This document shows positions 10,945 through 21,300 of a DNA stretch of 64,000 bases, piece after piece (within the stretch, counting starts at the first letter, position 1; each line of letters starts with the position of its first letter). The position numbers were made by a program, and so were the translations under genes. A model generated the notes under the pieces. The model was not told the origin of the DNA, did no database searches, and was given only the letters and a program-made list of their open reading frames with translations. Origin of the DNA: Pachysolen tannophilus NRRL Y-2460. Lineage: Eukaryota. Where the stretch lies: contig KV454012.1 of NCBI GenBank assembly GCA_001661245.1, positions 1,538,418-1,602,417 on the forward strand, in the 5' to 3' direction.

Positions 10945-11118
10945 AATTAACGAATTTTTTTTTTTTTTTTTTTTTTTTTTACCTTTTTTTTATTTTTGAA
11001 AAACTCAAAAGGCTTCAAAGCGCAATCAATCCAATTTAAAACTAAATCTTTATTTTTTTTTATATTTATATATTCATATTTTTTTATTTATCAAGTATTA
11101 TCATTATTTTTAAATTAT

Positions 11119-11810
11119 ATTTTATTTATTTTATTTATTTTATTTATTTTATTTATTTTATTTATTTTATTTATTTTATTTATTTTATTTATTTTATTTA
11201 TTTTATTTATTTTATTTATTTTATTTATTTTATTTATTTTATTTATTTTATTTATTTTATTTATTTTATTTATTTTATTTATTTTATTTTATTTTATTTT
11301 ATTTTATTTATTTTATTTATTTTATNNNNNNNNNNNNNNNNNNNNNNNNNNNNNNNNNNNNNNNNNNNNNNNNNNNNNNNNNNNNNNNNNNNNNNNNNNN
11401 NNNNNNNNNNNNNNNNNNNNNNNNNNNNNNNNNNNNNNNNNNNNNNNNNNNNNNNNNNNNNNNNNNNNNNNNNNNNNNNNNNNNNNNNNNNNNNNNNNNN
11501 NNNNNNNNNNNNNNNNNNNNNNNNNNNNNNNNNNNNNNNNNNNNNNCATATTTTTTTATTTATCAAGTTATTATCATTATTTTTAAATTATTATTTTATT
11601 TATTTTATTTATTTTATTTATTTTATTTATTTTATTTATTTTATTTATTTTATTTATTTTATTTATTTTATTTATTTTATTTATTTTATTTATTTTATTT
11701 ATTTTATTTATTTTATTTATTTTATTTATTTTATTTATTTTATTTATTTTATTTATTTTATTTATTTTATTTATTTTATTTATTTTATTTATTTTATTTA
11801 TTTTATTTAT
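11119..11810. repeat. 9-bp A/T tandem repeat (TTTATTTTA)n, interrupted by an assembly gap
   Basis: Period-9 array directly visible at about 11119-11325 and 11593-11810. Confidence 0.92.
11326..11546. other. Assembly gap (N run)
   Basis: Run of Ns; the sequence after the gap re-reads the sequence at about 11075. Confidence 0.99.
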
Positions 11811-12075
11811 CTATCTTTTTTTTATTTTTTTATGATAGTTATCATCATCAATTATATATTTTTATATTTGAAATTTTTTTATTTTACATCTCTCTTTTTT
11901 ATTATTAACAATCAGTGAATAAATAATATAAAAATTTTTTTAAAACAAATATTTAATATATATTTAAATCTAATACAATTTGATTAATGGAAAGAATGTG
12001 AAAAAAGCAATTTGAAATAAAAAAAAAATGAAAAAAAAGCTAAAAATTAAAACTATTCCCTTTCTATCTTCATTC

Positions 12076-14946
12076 TTAAACATCTAAATGATGATGCCTA
12101 CACCTTGGATCAAAAGTCGAACAACATTTTTTAACATCTTCAAATTCAATAACAGGATGTTTCGATACTAATCCCGTTCTCATACCTTGGATTTTTTCTT
12201 CAAAACCTCTATTTTGTAAATCCAGCACATCATTTATAATGTTAAAATTGTTTCTCTCGTTATCTTGATGCTTTTCTCTCATTAAATGTTGAGATATACT
12301 AGCATCTGAGTAATCTCTTTGGTTTTCATGTCCTTTTTGTTCTTCATCTTGTTCTTGTTCTTGTTCTGTAATATTTTCATTCTTATCATTTTCTTCTTCC
12401 TCTTTATCTTTACAACTAGTATTCAAATGTAATTTTGATAAAACTTTTTTAGCCAACCCATCTACTTCATTTCCTTCTTGTTCATTATTAACCTCATTAA
12501 GATCCATATTAGAATTTTTAATCGTCTCTGATTCGAGTGATTCCTTTTCATCTTCAGGTAATAATGGTAAATCTTCAACCTCGTTGTTTTCCCTATCCTT
12601 TAATATACCACTACTTGACATGTGTGCATTCTTGTGTTCATAAGACTTCTTACGGTCCATAGATGCTGAACTCTCAGGAATTGGTGTTGGTGGAACTGAA
12701 TTCCCACTTCCACTTTGAGTTCCAGTACCAGTTCCGCTCCCATTCAGATTACTAGTGGACACACTAATACCCCCATGACCATTATTAATATGATTATGGC
12801 TATTTCCACCGTTCTGGCTGTGTACTGATCCACTCGAGCCTGCAACTACAACTCCACTCCCAAGCTCATTCGGATGTACATTTCCATGCCCATGTGCATT
12901 AACTTCTTCTGCAACTGCCAACATCGATTTGACTTGTTGCGGATTCCCATTGAAACTTGGAGCTCCAGTCGAATTACTACCTGAAGAAGAAGCTGATGAG
13001 ACCGAAGAAGTTCGTTTATCCAAATGAAGATATTGATGCTGTTGAGGAAATGAGACTCCACTGAAATCCAACATAGATCTACTATTATTCTTCGACATTG
13101 GCGACGAAGACAAACTATTATTTCGGGTATTGTTTCCTGTAGAATAATCAGTTGAATTCAAATCTTCTTCATCTTCTTCTTCGTCTAAATGATGGAGTTC
13201 ATCTGTGCATGTAGAAATTTTCTCGAAAAAGGGGTTTTTAAATAAATCAGCTAATGAATACCTTCTTTCTTGATTTGTATCGATTAATCTCCAACACATA
13301 TAAGCAGCATCTTTATTTTGAAATTCTCTAGCATATTGAAATTCTGGTCCAGGCCCATCCTTTGGATTTTTAAAATTTGGATTACCATGTAAATAAGTAG
13401 CAAGAGAAGTTTGATATTTTCTATAATTTTCATCATTTGGTGAACTTTCAGCAAAAGGTGTATGTTGATAAACCAAAGTTAATAATAACATACCTAACCC
13501 CCATGAATCCATTTTAAAAGGATTTACCTGTTCTAATTGAGTATTATTACTCTTAGCTATACTAGTACTTTGTAAACTAGTAGCGTTACTTTCATTATCC
13601 TTACCAGAGGAAGTTGGTAACAGCATCATTTCAGGTGGGGCATAAGGTGGACTTCCAACTCTTGATTTACAATAATTAATACCCGATTCTAAATTTCCCG
13701 GTTCTAAATGTCCAAAACATGATATACCAAAATCGGTTAATTTTACCACACCATTCAGTGTTAATAAAACATTTTCAGGTTTTAAATCACGATGACAAAT
13801 ATCATGTTCATGCATAAACTTTAAACCAAATGCAACTTGTTTGAAAATACATAATTTTTCTTTCAATGGTATATATTTAAAATTTTTCTTTACAATTAAA
13901 TCAAATAAATCACCACCAGTACATAATTCAAGTGTTAAACCCCAACCTCTATTCATACTTCCTATAGTTGGTGTTTTCAATAATGTATATGTTGTAACTA
14001 CATGATAACCATGCAGTAAATTTTTAGCAATGATATATTCATGAATTGCTCTTTTATAAAATTGTTCTGGAGTTTCTTTTTTAAATAAAATAAATTTTTT
14101 AAAAGCAATTTTTTTATTTTTATTTTTTTTTGAAAGAACAATTCTAACATCTGATGAAGCACCATCACCTAATCTATTTTCTTTTGATTTTTCTGGGAAA
14201 TCATAAAGATCTAATAAATCAACATTACTTTGTTTTAAATCATCTGGAAGATAATCATTTGGATTATCAATGGGTAATGGTAAGATATTTTTTGTTTGAC
14301 TATCTTCATCTTCTAAATAAAAACTAGGATTCTTTGGACCTCCAGCAGCATTACCAGCATTTATAAGACCATATGGATTATAAACGATTTTTTCTTTTGG
14401 TTTTGTAAAAGTAGTAGATGAATTGTTACCAGATCCAGATCCATGATTTTCATTATTATGATTAATATTTTTATGACTTGAAATTGAACCTGAAGCTGAT
14501 CTTCTCAATTTACTATTATTTCTAGAATTAATTATAGATGATTGAGAAGATGCTAAATCTGTGGTACTTCTAATGTGGAAAAATGATCTTGCCTTTTTCC
14601 TAAATTTATGATCTATTTCACCGCTATTTCCATTTCCATTTCCGCTTCCACTGCCGGCACCGACACCTCCACCAGCACCATCGTTATTTTCGTGGTGATG
14701 AAGCACCTTATGGAACGGGTTTCTCATTGCAGCTGCTGAAGAAGCTGTAGACGCGGATGACGAACCTCTTGAACGAAACACTTCTTTAGTATGATTACTA
14801 TTGATCCGTGGAGACGTCAGTGACAGTGGAGAACTATTTGAACTTTCTGTAATAAATGGATTCCTACTATGACTCACAATTGGATTTTCTTTAGTCAGTG
14901 GAGACAATTGTTTAGTACCGCTATTATTCTTTGTAGTTGCTGTCAT
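12076..14946 (-). CDS. PTK2: Ptk1/Ptk2 (NPR/HAL-group) Ser/Thr protein kinase
   Basis: First ATG at 14946. Motifs IVYNPYGL, LPLPIDNPNDYLP, ETPEQFYKR, RGWG, HRDLKPEN, KLTDFG and GSPPYAPPE match Ptk2. Confidence 0.85.
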   Translation of the reverse strand: MTATTKNNSGTKQLSPLTKENPIVSHSRNPFITESSNSSPLSLTSPRINSNHTKEVFRSRGSSSASTASSAAAMRNPFHKVLHHHENNDGAGGGVGAGSGSGNGNGNSGEIDHKFRKKARSFFHIRSTTDLASSQSSIINSRNNSKLRRSASGSISSHKNINHNNENHGSGSGNNSSTTFTKPKEKIVYNPYGLINAGNAAGGPKNPSFYLEDEDSQTKNILPLPIDNPNDYLPDDLKQSNVDLLDLYDFPEKSKENRLGDGASSDVRIVLSKKNKNKKIAFKKFILFKKETPEQFYKRAIHEYIIAKNLLHGYHVVTTYTLLKTPTIGSMNRGWGLTLELCTGGDLFDLIVKKNFKYIPLKEKLCIFKQVAFGLKFMHEHDICHRDLKPENVLLTLNGVVKLTDFGISCFGHLEPGNLESGINYCKSRVGSPPYAPPEMMLLPTSSGKDNESNATSLQSTSIAKSNNTQLEQVNPFKMDSWGLGMLLLTLVYQHTPFAESSPNDENYRKYQTSLATYLHGNPNFKNPKDGPGPEFQYAREFQNKDAAYMCWRLIDTNQERRYSLADLFKNPFFEKISTCTDELHHLDEEEDEEDLNSTDYSTGNNTRNNSLSSSPMSKNNSRSMLDFSGVSFPQQHQYLHLDKRTSSVSSASSSGSNSTGAPSFNGNPQQVKSMLAVAEEVNAHGHGNVHPNELGSGVVVAGSSGSVHSQNGGNSHNHINNGHGGISVSTSNLNGSGTGTGTQSGSGNSVPPTPIPESSASMDRKKSYEHKNAHMSSSGILKDRENNEVEDLPLLPEDEKESLESETIKNSNMDLNEVNNEQEGNEVDGLAKKVLSKLHLNTSCKDKEEEENDKNENITEQEQEQDEEQKGHENQRDYSDASISQHLMREKHQDNERNNFNIINDVLDLQNRGFEEKIQGMRTGLVSKHPVIEFEDVKKCCSTFDPRCRHHHLDV

Positions 14947-16236
14947 GATCACCTCTTCTACTTCCTCCAATCTCTCGCTAAATTTTTTTATTTTTTTATT
15001 TTTTTAATTTCTTTTTTCCAGAAAAGAGAAAGAAAAAACAAAAAAAATAATAAAAATATCTTTCACTTTTAATAATTAAATTGAATACATTTAATTTATA
15101 AATGTATACTATTTGATGATTCTCAAACGGTAATTTAAAAATAAAAAATTATTTTTATCATAAAGAATATTATTTAATTATTTCCTTACTTTAAATAAAT
15201 AAATAGAAAACAAAAGAAAAAGAAAAAGTAAAAAAAATGGTGATTGATATTAAAGAGAAAGAACTGACAATAACCTCAACAGTTAATTTTTAAAATAATA
15301 TATAATAATATATATATATAAATATATATATATTATTATTATTAATATTAATATTTAATAATAAAAAGAATATAAAATAAAATGTGCTGATGATTATATT
15401 ACTTATTCTGATTAGAAATTTTAGTTAAAAAAAAAATTAATTTTGATACCACCTGAGTCTTTTAATTTTTGTAATTTTTTATTAATTTTTTTTTATTTTA
15501 TTTTCTTAAATTTGCTTTGCTTTTTCCATTAATTAAATTCTCTTCTTTCTAATTCTAATTTCTTTCTGTCAATTTGTTATTTTATCTGTTTATTTTTCTC
15601 TGTCTGTTGTACTATCTTAAATGACTATCTATTTAAGAGACAATTAAATTTAATTTATCTGCCATTTTGTTCGCTCCGCCAAATTTCCCCTTAATCTTCT
15701 CCTGGAACTAGCGATGACTCCAAGGGGAAAAAAAAGAAAAAAAAAATTAGGGAAAAATAAAACGCAGCCTGCTGCCGCTTCGATATTTTTATTTTTTTTT
15801 TATAGCTTCTTTATGCCCACGAGGTCATAAAAATCAGGAAAGAGTTAATGTTAATAGAAAAAGAAAGAAAAAAAAAAGACGTAGCGTAACGTAACGTAAC
15901 GTAACCTAAATTTGAGTAATTAAAAATTAGAAATTGGGACAAGTTTTTGGATAAGTTTGGATTGGAATGATGAGGGAAGGGCACGGAGTTGTTTCCCGAA
16001 AGAGTAAGAAAGAATTTATTGATGATTTGTAAAACACAAAGGGGCTGTCTCTTGTCTCTTGTCTCTTGTCTTTTTTTGAAAAAAAATATAACAAGGGCTG
16101 TTGCAATGGTGTGAGGTGTGTATTTTGGTGTAGGGTGTGAGGGTTCTGATTATTTAATGTTACGGAAAATATAGTTAAGAGAAAAAAAAAGAACAAATTT
16201 TTATTTATTATAAGAAACAAGTGTATATAAAGTAGA

Positions 16237-16632
16237 TTAAGCTTCTAAAGCTAATCTTGCCTTTGGATTTGTAATTCTTACACCTAAAGCCTTAGCACGG
16301 GCTAAAATTTCAACTCTTTTTCTTGATGAAACATTATGAGCAATTTCACCAGCATAAGTCTTGGTATGCATCATTAAAACTTCTAAATCTTTAATGTTTG
16401 AAACCAAGTAAGACTTGTGTCCCGATGGAGCTAAATGTCTAGTTCTCTTGTTTGAACCATAACCAATTTTTGGTTGTGAAATAGTTCCTCTAAAACGTCT
16501 TCTAACACAAGAATCAATACCTTTTTGTTTTCTCCAATTTTCAGAAACACGGTGGTATCTGTCAGAATGATGACGCTTGAACTTCTTGGAATGCTTCTTA
16601 ACAATCTTTGGGTGTGGTAAAGCTGGAGCCAT
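16237..16632 (-). CDS. RPL32: 60S ribosomal protein eL32
   Basis: [45 protein letters not shown]. Confidence 0.99.
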   Translation of the reverse strand: MAPALPHPKIVKKHSKKFKRHHSDRYHRVSENWRKQKGIDSCVRRRFRGTISQPKIGYGSNKRTRHLAPSGHKSYLVSNIKDLEVLMMHTKTYAGEIAHNVSSRKRVEILARAKALGVRITNPKARLALEA

Positions 16633-17020
16633 CTATAATAAATAATAAATAATTTTCAAAAGAAAAATTTTTCTGTTAGTACGCAAAAACTTTATAATTT
16701 ATAAAATATATCTCATCTAATATTACCAATATCTGGATTCTAGTCAAGTCATTTGGTACTCAAACCCACACAAACACACACAAGAGTGTTACACAATGTA
16801 ATAACAATATTTCTTTTTTCTTTTTTTTATATATATAAATTTTTCAATTTCATTATTCTTCAAGTCATAAATAAATAAAACTCTCTCTTCTATAAAATCT
16901 CCATTTTTTTCATTTTAGATTTTTTAATATTAAACCTTTCCTGAATAACTTGACTATCTTCTTCATTCGCATACTTTGAGATACACTTATCATCATCATA
17001 ATAATAATACTACTACATAC
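16633..17020 (-). other. Spliceosomal intron in the RPL32 5' UTR (388 nt)
   Basis: Minus strand: AAG|GTATGT donor at 17020, TACTAAC branchpoint at 16681-16675, TAG acceptor directly before the ATG. Confidence 0.9.
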
Positions 17021-17305
17021 CTTCAACGATTGATATTGATATATATGATTAAAAATTATATATAATAGTTTTATTCAATATATTTTAATGATGAAAAAAA
17101 AAAAAAGTGGTTGGGATCCTCACTGCTAACAGAGAGAGAAAGAAAAAAAAAAAAAAAAAAAAAAATTTGCATGTAAAACTTTTGCACGACTTTTTTGTTG
17201 CTTTTTTTTTTAAAAGAAAAAAATCTGTCAAATTTAATGCGAAAAATAATGCATTGTAGCAGTTAATGTGGAAAAAGAATTTTAAAAGAAAAGAGAAAAA
17301 CCTTT

Positions 17306-17312
17306 TCACGTG
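17306..17312. promoter_or_regulatory. Cbf1-type E-box TCACGTG in the RPL32/MED19 divergent promoter
   Basis: TCACGTG at 17306-17312. Confidence 0.4.
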
Positions 17313-17670
17313 TCAATTAGTATTAATAAATATAGAAGTCACAGCAAAACCAAAAAAAAAATTGGGGCCTTGAGCACTATTTGTTAGGTCTACAAACCCT
17401 TAAAGTTTCAAAACAATATGCAAGGATGTACCTTTTGTTTTAATTAAAATTATTTGATAATTTTTTTATTTTAAGAAGTACTGTCATTATCTACACTACT
17501 ATTTAAATTTAGATTAATATATTGGAAAGTGTCATGTCGTTTTCTCGTTTTTTTATAATTTCTTAGTGGAGATATATGGGGTCATATGACCCAAAACAGT
17601 TTTAAAAGATGAAAAGAAGTTAAAATATAATAATAGTTTTAATTTTAATTATAATATTTTAAAAAAAAAA

Positions 17671-18198
17671 ATGACAATGGCAATTATGAATGAGGACAAT
17701 ATAGCCAATACCCAAGATGATGCTTTGCAGAATAATAGGAACAATAATTATTATTTCATAGATAAAACAAAGATATATGAACCTTTATTACCTTCACCAT
17801 CTTCAAACCTTATAGCACTTTATGGACTAAATGATATATCTAAATCAGTTCTGCGAACTAATCCAGATGGATCTAAAGGAGTTAAATTAAGAAAATCTTA
17901 TAAGAATCATATAGCAGATCTTCCAGGAAGACATAATATACAGAAAGAACATAATTTATCAATGATACTGTTTCTGCCTAGAGCAGAAGATAATTCATCA
18001 GTGGTTGATATTAAACCTTTAGATGATTCATATTTGAAAAGTTGTTTGAATTTTGAGAAAACTCCGTTAGCTGGAATACCGGGGTTTGATGTTTCACAAC
18101 TAGGTATGGATGATAGTGGTAATGATGAACGTAGAAAGAAAAGAAAGGATGCAAATAATACTGACAGTGGAGATGTTAAAAGAAGACATATTGCTTGA
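17671..18198 (+). CDS. ROX3: Mediator subunit Med19 (Rox3)
   Basis: YYFID...NLIALYGL..I...V(CTG)RTNPDGSKGVKLRKSYKNHIADLPG. Confidence 0.92.
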   Translation: MTMAIMNEDNIANTQDDALQNNRNNNYYFIDKTKIYEPLLPSPSSNLIALYGLNDISKSVLRTNPDGSKGVKLRKSYKNHIADLPGRHNIQKEHNLSMILFLPRAEDNSSVVDIKPLDDSYLKSCLNFEKTPLAGIPGFDVSQLGMDDSGNDERRKKRKDANNTDSGDVKRRHIA

Positions 18199-18328
18199 AA
18201 TTAATTTATAATATAAATATTGTCAATTTAAAAGAAAAAACAAAAACTGTATACTAATAATGTTACAAATTATTTAAAAAAAAATTCTATAATACCAATA
18301 AGATAAAAAAAATATTACAATTGGGGTT

Positions 18329-21300
18329 TTAAGATATTTCTTCATGTTCATTTCCATTTTTTTTTTGTAATTTTAATGAAGAATAACTTGTTATTTGCCT
18401 TAAAGGTTGTTTGATTCTTTTCTTTTTATGTACAGTTAATTTATTGGCAACAATTGACCCACTATGGTGCAATACAGCTTTAATTACTATTTTTTTCAAT
18501 TCATTCACCAAATCCATTGTAGTCCAAATCTTATTATTGAAAGTCATATCAGGTAAAGTCATTACAAGATTATTCACGTTGATCAATCTAAAACCACCTT
18601 CACCTTTAAAGTTAATACACAAGGCAAGACTTCTAATGGTTAATGAAACAATTGATTTATAGTCTGATGCACGTTTAACCATTTCGTTCACAAATTCACC
18701 ATCTTTAGCCAGCTTAGAGCTTTTTAATGATGAACCACTACTATAGTAATCGTCATTTTTATTATCATTTTTATTACCACTAGATCTTTTAAAATTAAAA
18801 GATTTTCTAGAAGTAGGACCAGTACTAGTAGCAACGCCTTGAGAGTTCTTTTCAGAACTCCTTGAATTTATAATATCTAGTCCATTTTCTGCCATTTCTT
18901 CCGAATCTAGATCTTCTGATATAGAGGAATCTCTATCTATATCGTCTTCAAAAATTTCATCGTTTAAATCACTTTCAGATTCATCTTGACCAGAAGATTT
19001 TGAAATGGATTTATTCTTATCAGATGGGAAAATATATTCAAAAAACTTCTGACCGGTGAATTGCTCCAAAGATAATTTGATAGGTTTAACTTCAATCACA
19101 AAATTTTTAATAATTTTAATACCACCAACCAGTTTATCCATAGCCCATTCAACTTGGAGCATATTGTTCTCTCTTTTTGAAATAGGAGCCTTTACTTGTT
19201 TAGGATTAAATGAAGTTAATAATTCTGGATATAAGATGTTTGAGTCCAAGTTAAAAGCTTGAATCATACCAACTTCGACCACATTATAATTTGAACCGTC
19301 ATTTTCAGATATTCTTCTAAAGACACCCTCTGCAACTGCAAGATCTATAAATGGTGCTCTTTTCTCATCTAACATATGTAAAATAATTTCATCCGATCTG
19401 ATCGTCCACTCAATTTGTTCATCCTTTTTAGAAGCTCCTGTAGTACCTGTCGTTATGACTCTCATTAAAAGAAATAATTCTGATAAGATATGTGTCTTTT
19501 GGAAGTTTACCACATTGAGCTGATTTGCCTCGCTTTCATTTAAAATTGTTCTTTTAAAAGTGAAGTTATCACTAAGTTGTATCAAAAATAAATAAGCATC
19601 TTGTAATGATTTAATCCTATCTTGCGTTCCGTTCAAATTAGAAAAATCAGTAGTTAATATCAATTTCCCTAATTTTTCATTCATTTCCTTATTCGAAGGC
19701 TCTGTGTACATCAACAAATTCACAATGATATTGTAAAGTGCATGGTATTGCTTAGAGTCACAAAAGGCAGCAACTTTGGGTACCTCAACAATTATTCGAT
19801 TTCTGTTATAATCACTCAAAACATTTTTCTTAATCATTTGGTTCATTTTATCATATCTTAAAACAAAAGAAGTTTTTTCCAAAACCATATATTCCATTAA
19901 CGATGATCCATCGTGACATAATTCTACACCAAGCCATGGCGGCCATATATTTTTTGAGCCATAGCTCCTACCACTGAAAAATGATGAGGAGTTTTTGATA
20001 ACATCTTCTTTATAAGCAACAAAGATGTTAGTATCACGGAATACAGAACCGTGTCTTCTCTCAAGTTCAAATTGGTCATCTATAACGATTTCATTTCCAT
20101 TCTTATCACGTTGAGTTTTTTGGCCGATTGAAACAATTTTTAGTTCAATATCTGGTGAAACAACTAAAACACATGAATCGCTTTTCAAATCATCATTAAT
20201 TAATTGAATTTGAGGAGATATTAATTTAACCAAGTAGTTATCAGAAGCTTCAAATTTTTTATCTGTCGATTTGCTATTAATAGATCTCAAATCTTCATCA
20301 AATTTTTCTAGTCTCTCTGAGCAAGAGATATCATCATAGGAATAATTGATGTCAGAAAAATCAGTCTCTGAAGCTCCTTCTTCTTCGGCAATTTGTTCTG
20401 ATTTAGCAGAAGATATCTTTTGCAACTTCAGAGATTCAGAATCTAATCCATAATTCAGTTTTTGTTCACGAATGATCTTCTCGACTGTATCAAATGCTTG
20501 GTATTTCAAATAATATGTATAAGCTTTTCTAATATCAACAAAATGAGCATATTTATAAACAAAATTTCTGTTTAGACGGTTCCATTTCAATTGCATATTA
20601 TGAACTAGGAATTTATTTTGAAAAGATTCATAAGATAATCCAAGGTTATTTTCATCAAATTTTCCTGTTGCGACTTCCGAAATAAGAGCTCCCACATTTT
20701 GTAAACCTTTATCGAGTTTCTGCAAAATTGCCTGTTTACTAGCATTATTTGATGTAGCTACCGAATCTCTGCGAGCTTGTAACTCTTTTAGTCTATCCTT
20801 CAATAATCTTAGTTGAGTTGCAGTTGACTTACTTTCTCCCATCAAGCAATCATGTATCAATGCACCTTCACTTTCGCCCGGTTCCTCATTATTATCATCT
20901 GTTTTTCTGTAATATGTAAATTTTGGAGTAAATAAAAGAGGAACAACTCTTGTTACCGATTTGACATCGGCGACAGATGGCAAATCAACCTCCTCAAAAT
21001 CATTGATATCGAACCACGTCTCATCGTCATCTCCAAGGTTATTAAAAACGTGAAGCTTAGTCTTCTGTTCTTCTTTTATGTCAGAATGATAAGTTGGATC
21101 TAAACCAGCAATTTCTAAAAACTCCTCTTTATGTACATCATAAGAATCATCAGCCACCTTGAATAAACTACGCAAGGCTCTCAAGTCGGTATTATTGATA
21201 TCAACCTCGCCTAAGTACATTTTCATTTTCCTGACTTTCTGAGTTTGATCTAATATTTTGTCATGTTTAACCTGTGATTCTTTCATTTGGTGCAAGTCGA

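Noticed and set aside
10996..11586. 196-aa ORF of ILF repeats and neighbouring X-filled ORFs
   Set aside because: Translation of the 9-bp A/T satellite plus the N gap; no ATG start.
16108..16145. TG-rich, telomere-like stretch downstream of RPL32
   Set aside because: Short and irregular with no consistent unit; likewise the (CGTAA)n at about 15885-15905 is a simple microsatellite.
16633..17020. Intronic box C/D snoRNA in the RPL32 intron (ATGATGA near its 5' end)
   Set aside because: No downstream CTGA box D on that strand; the ATG repeat is microsatellite-like.
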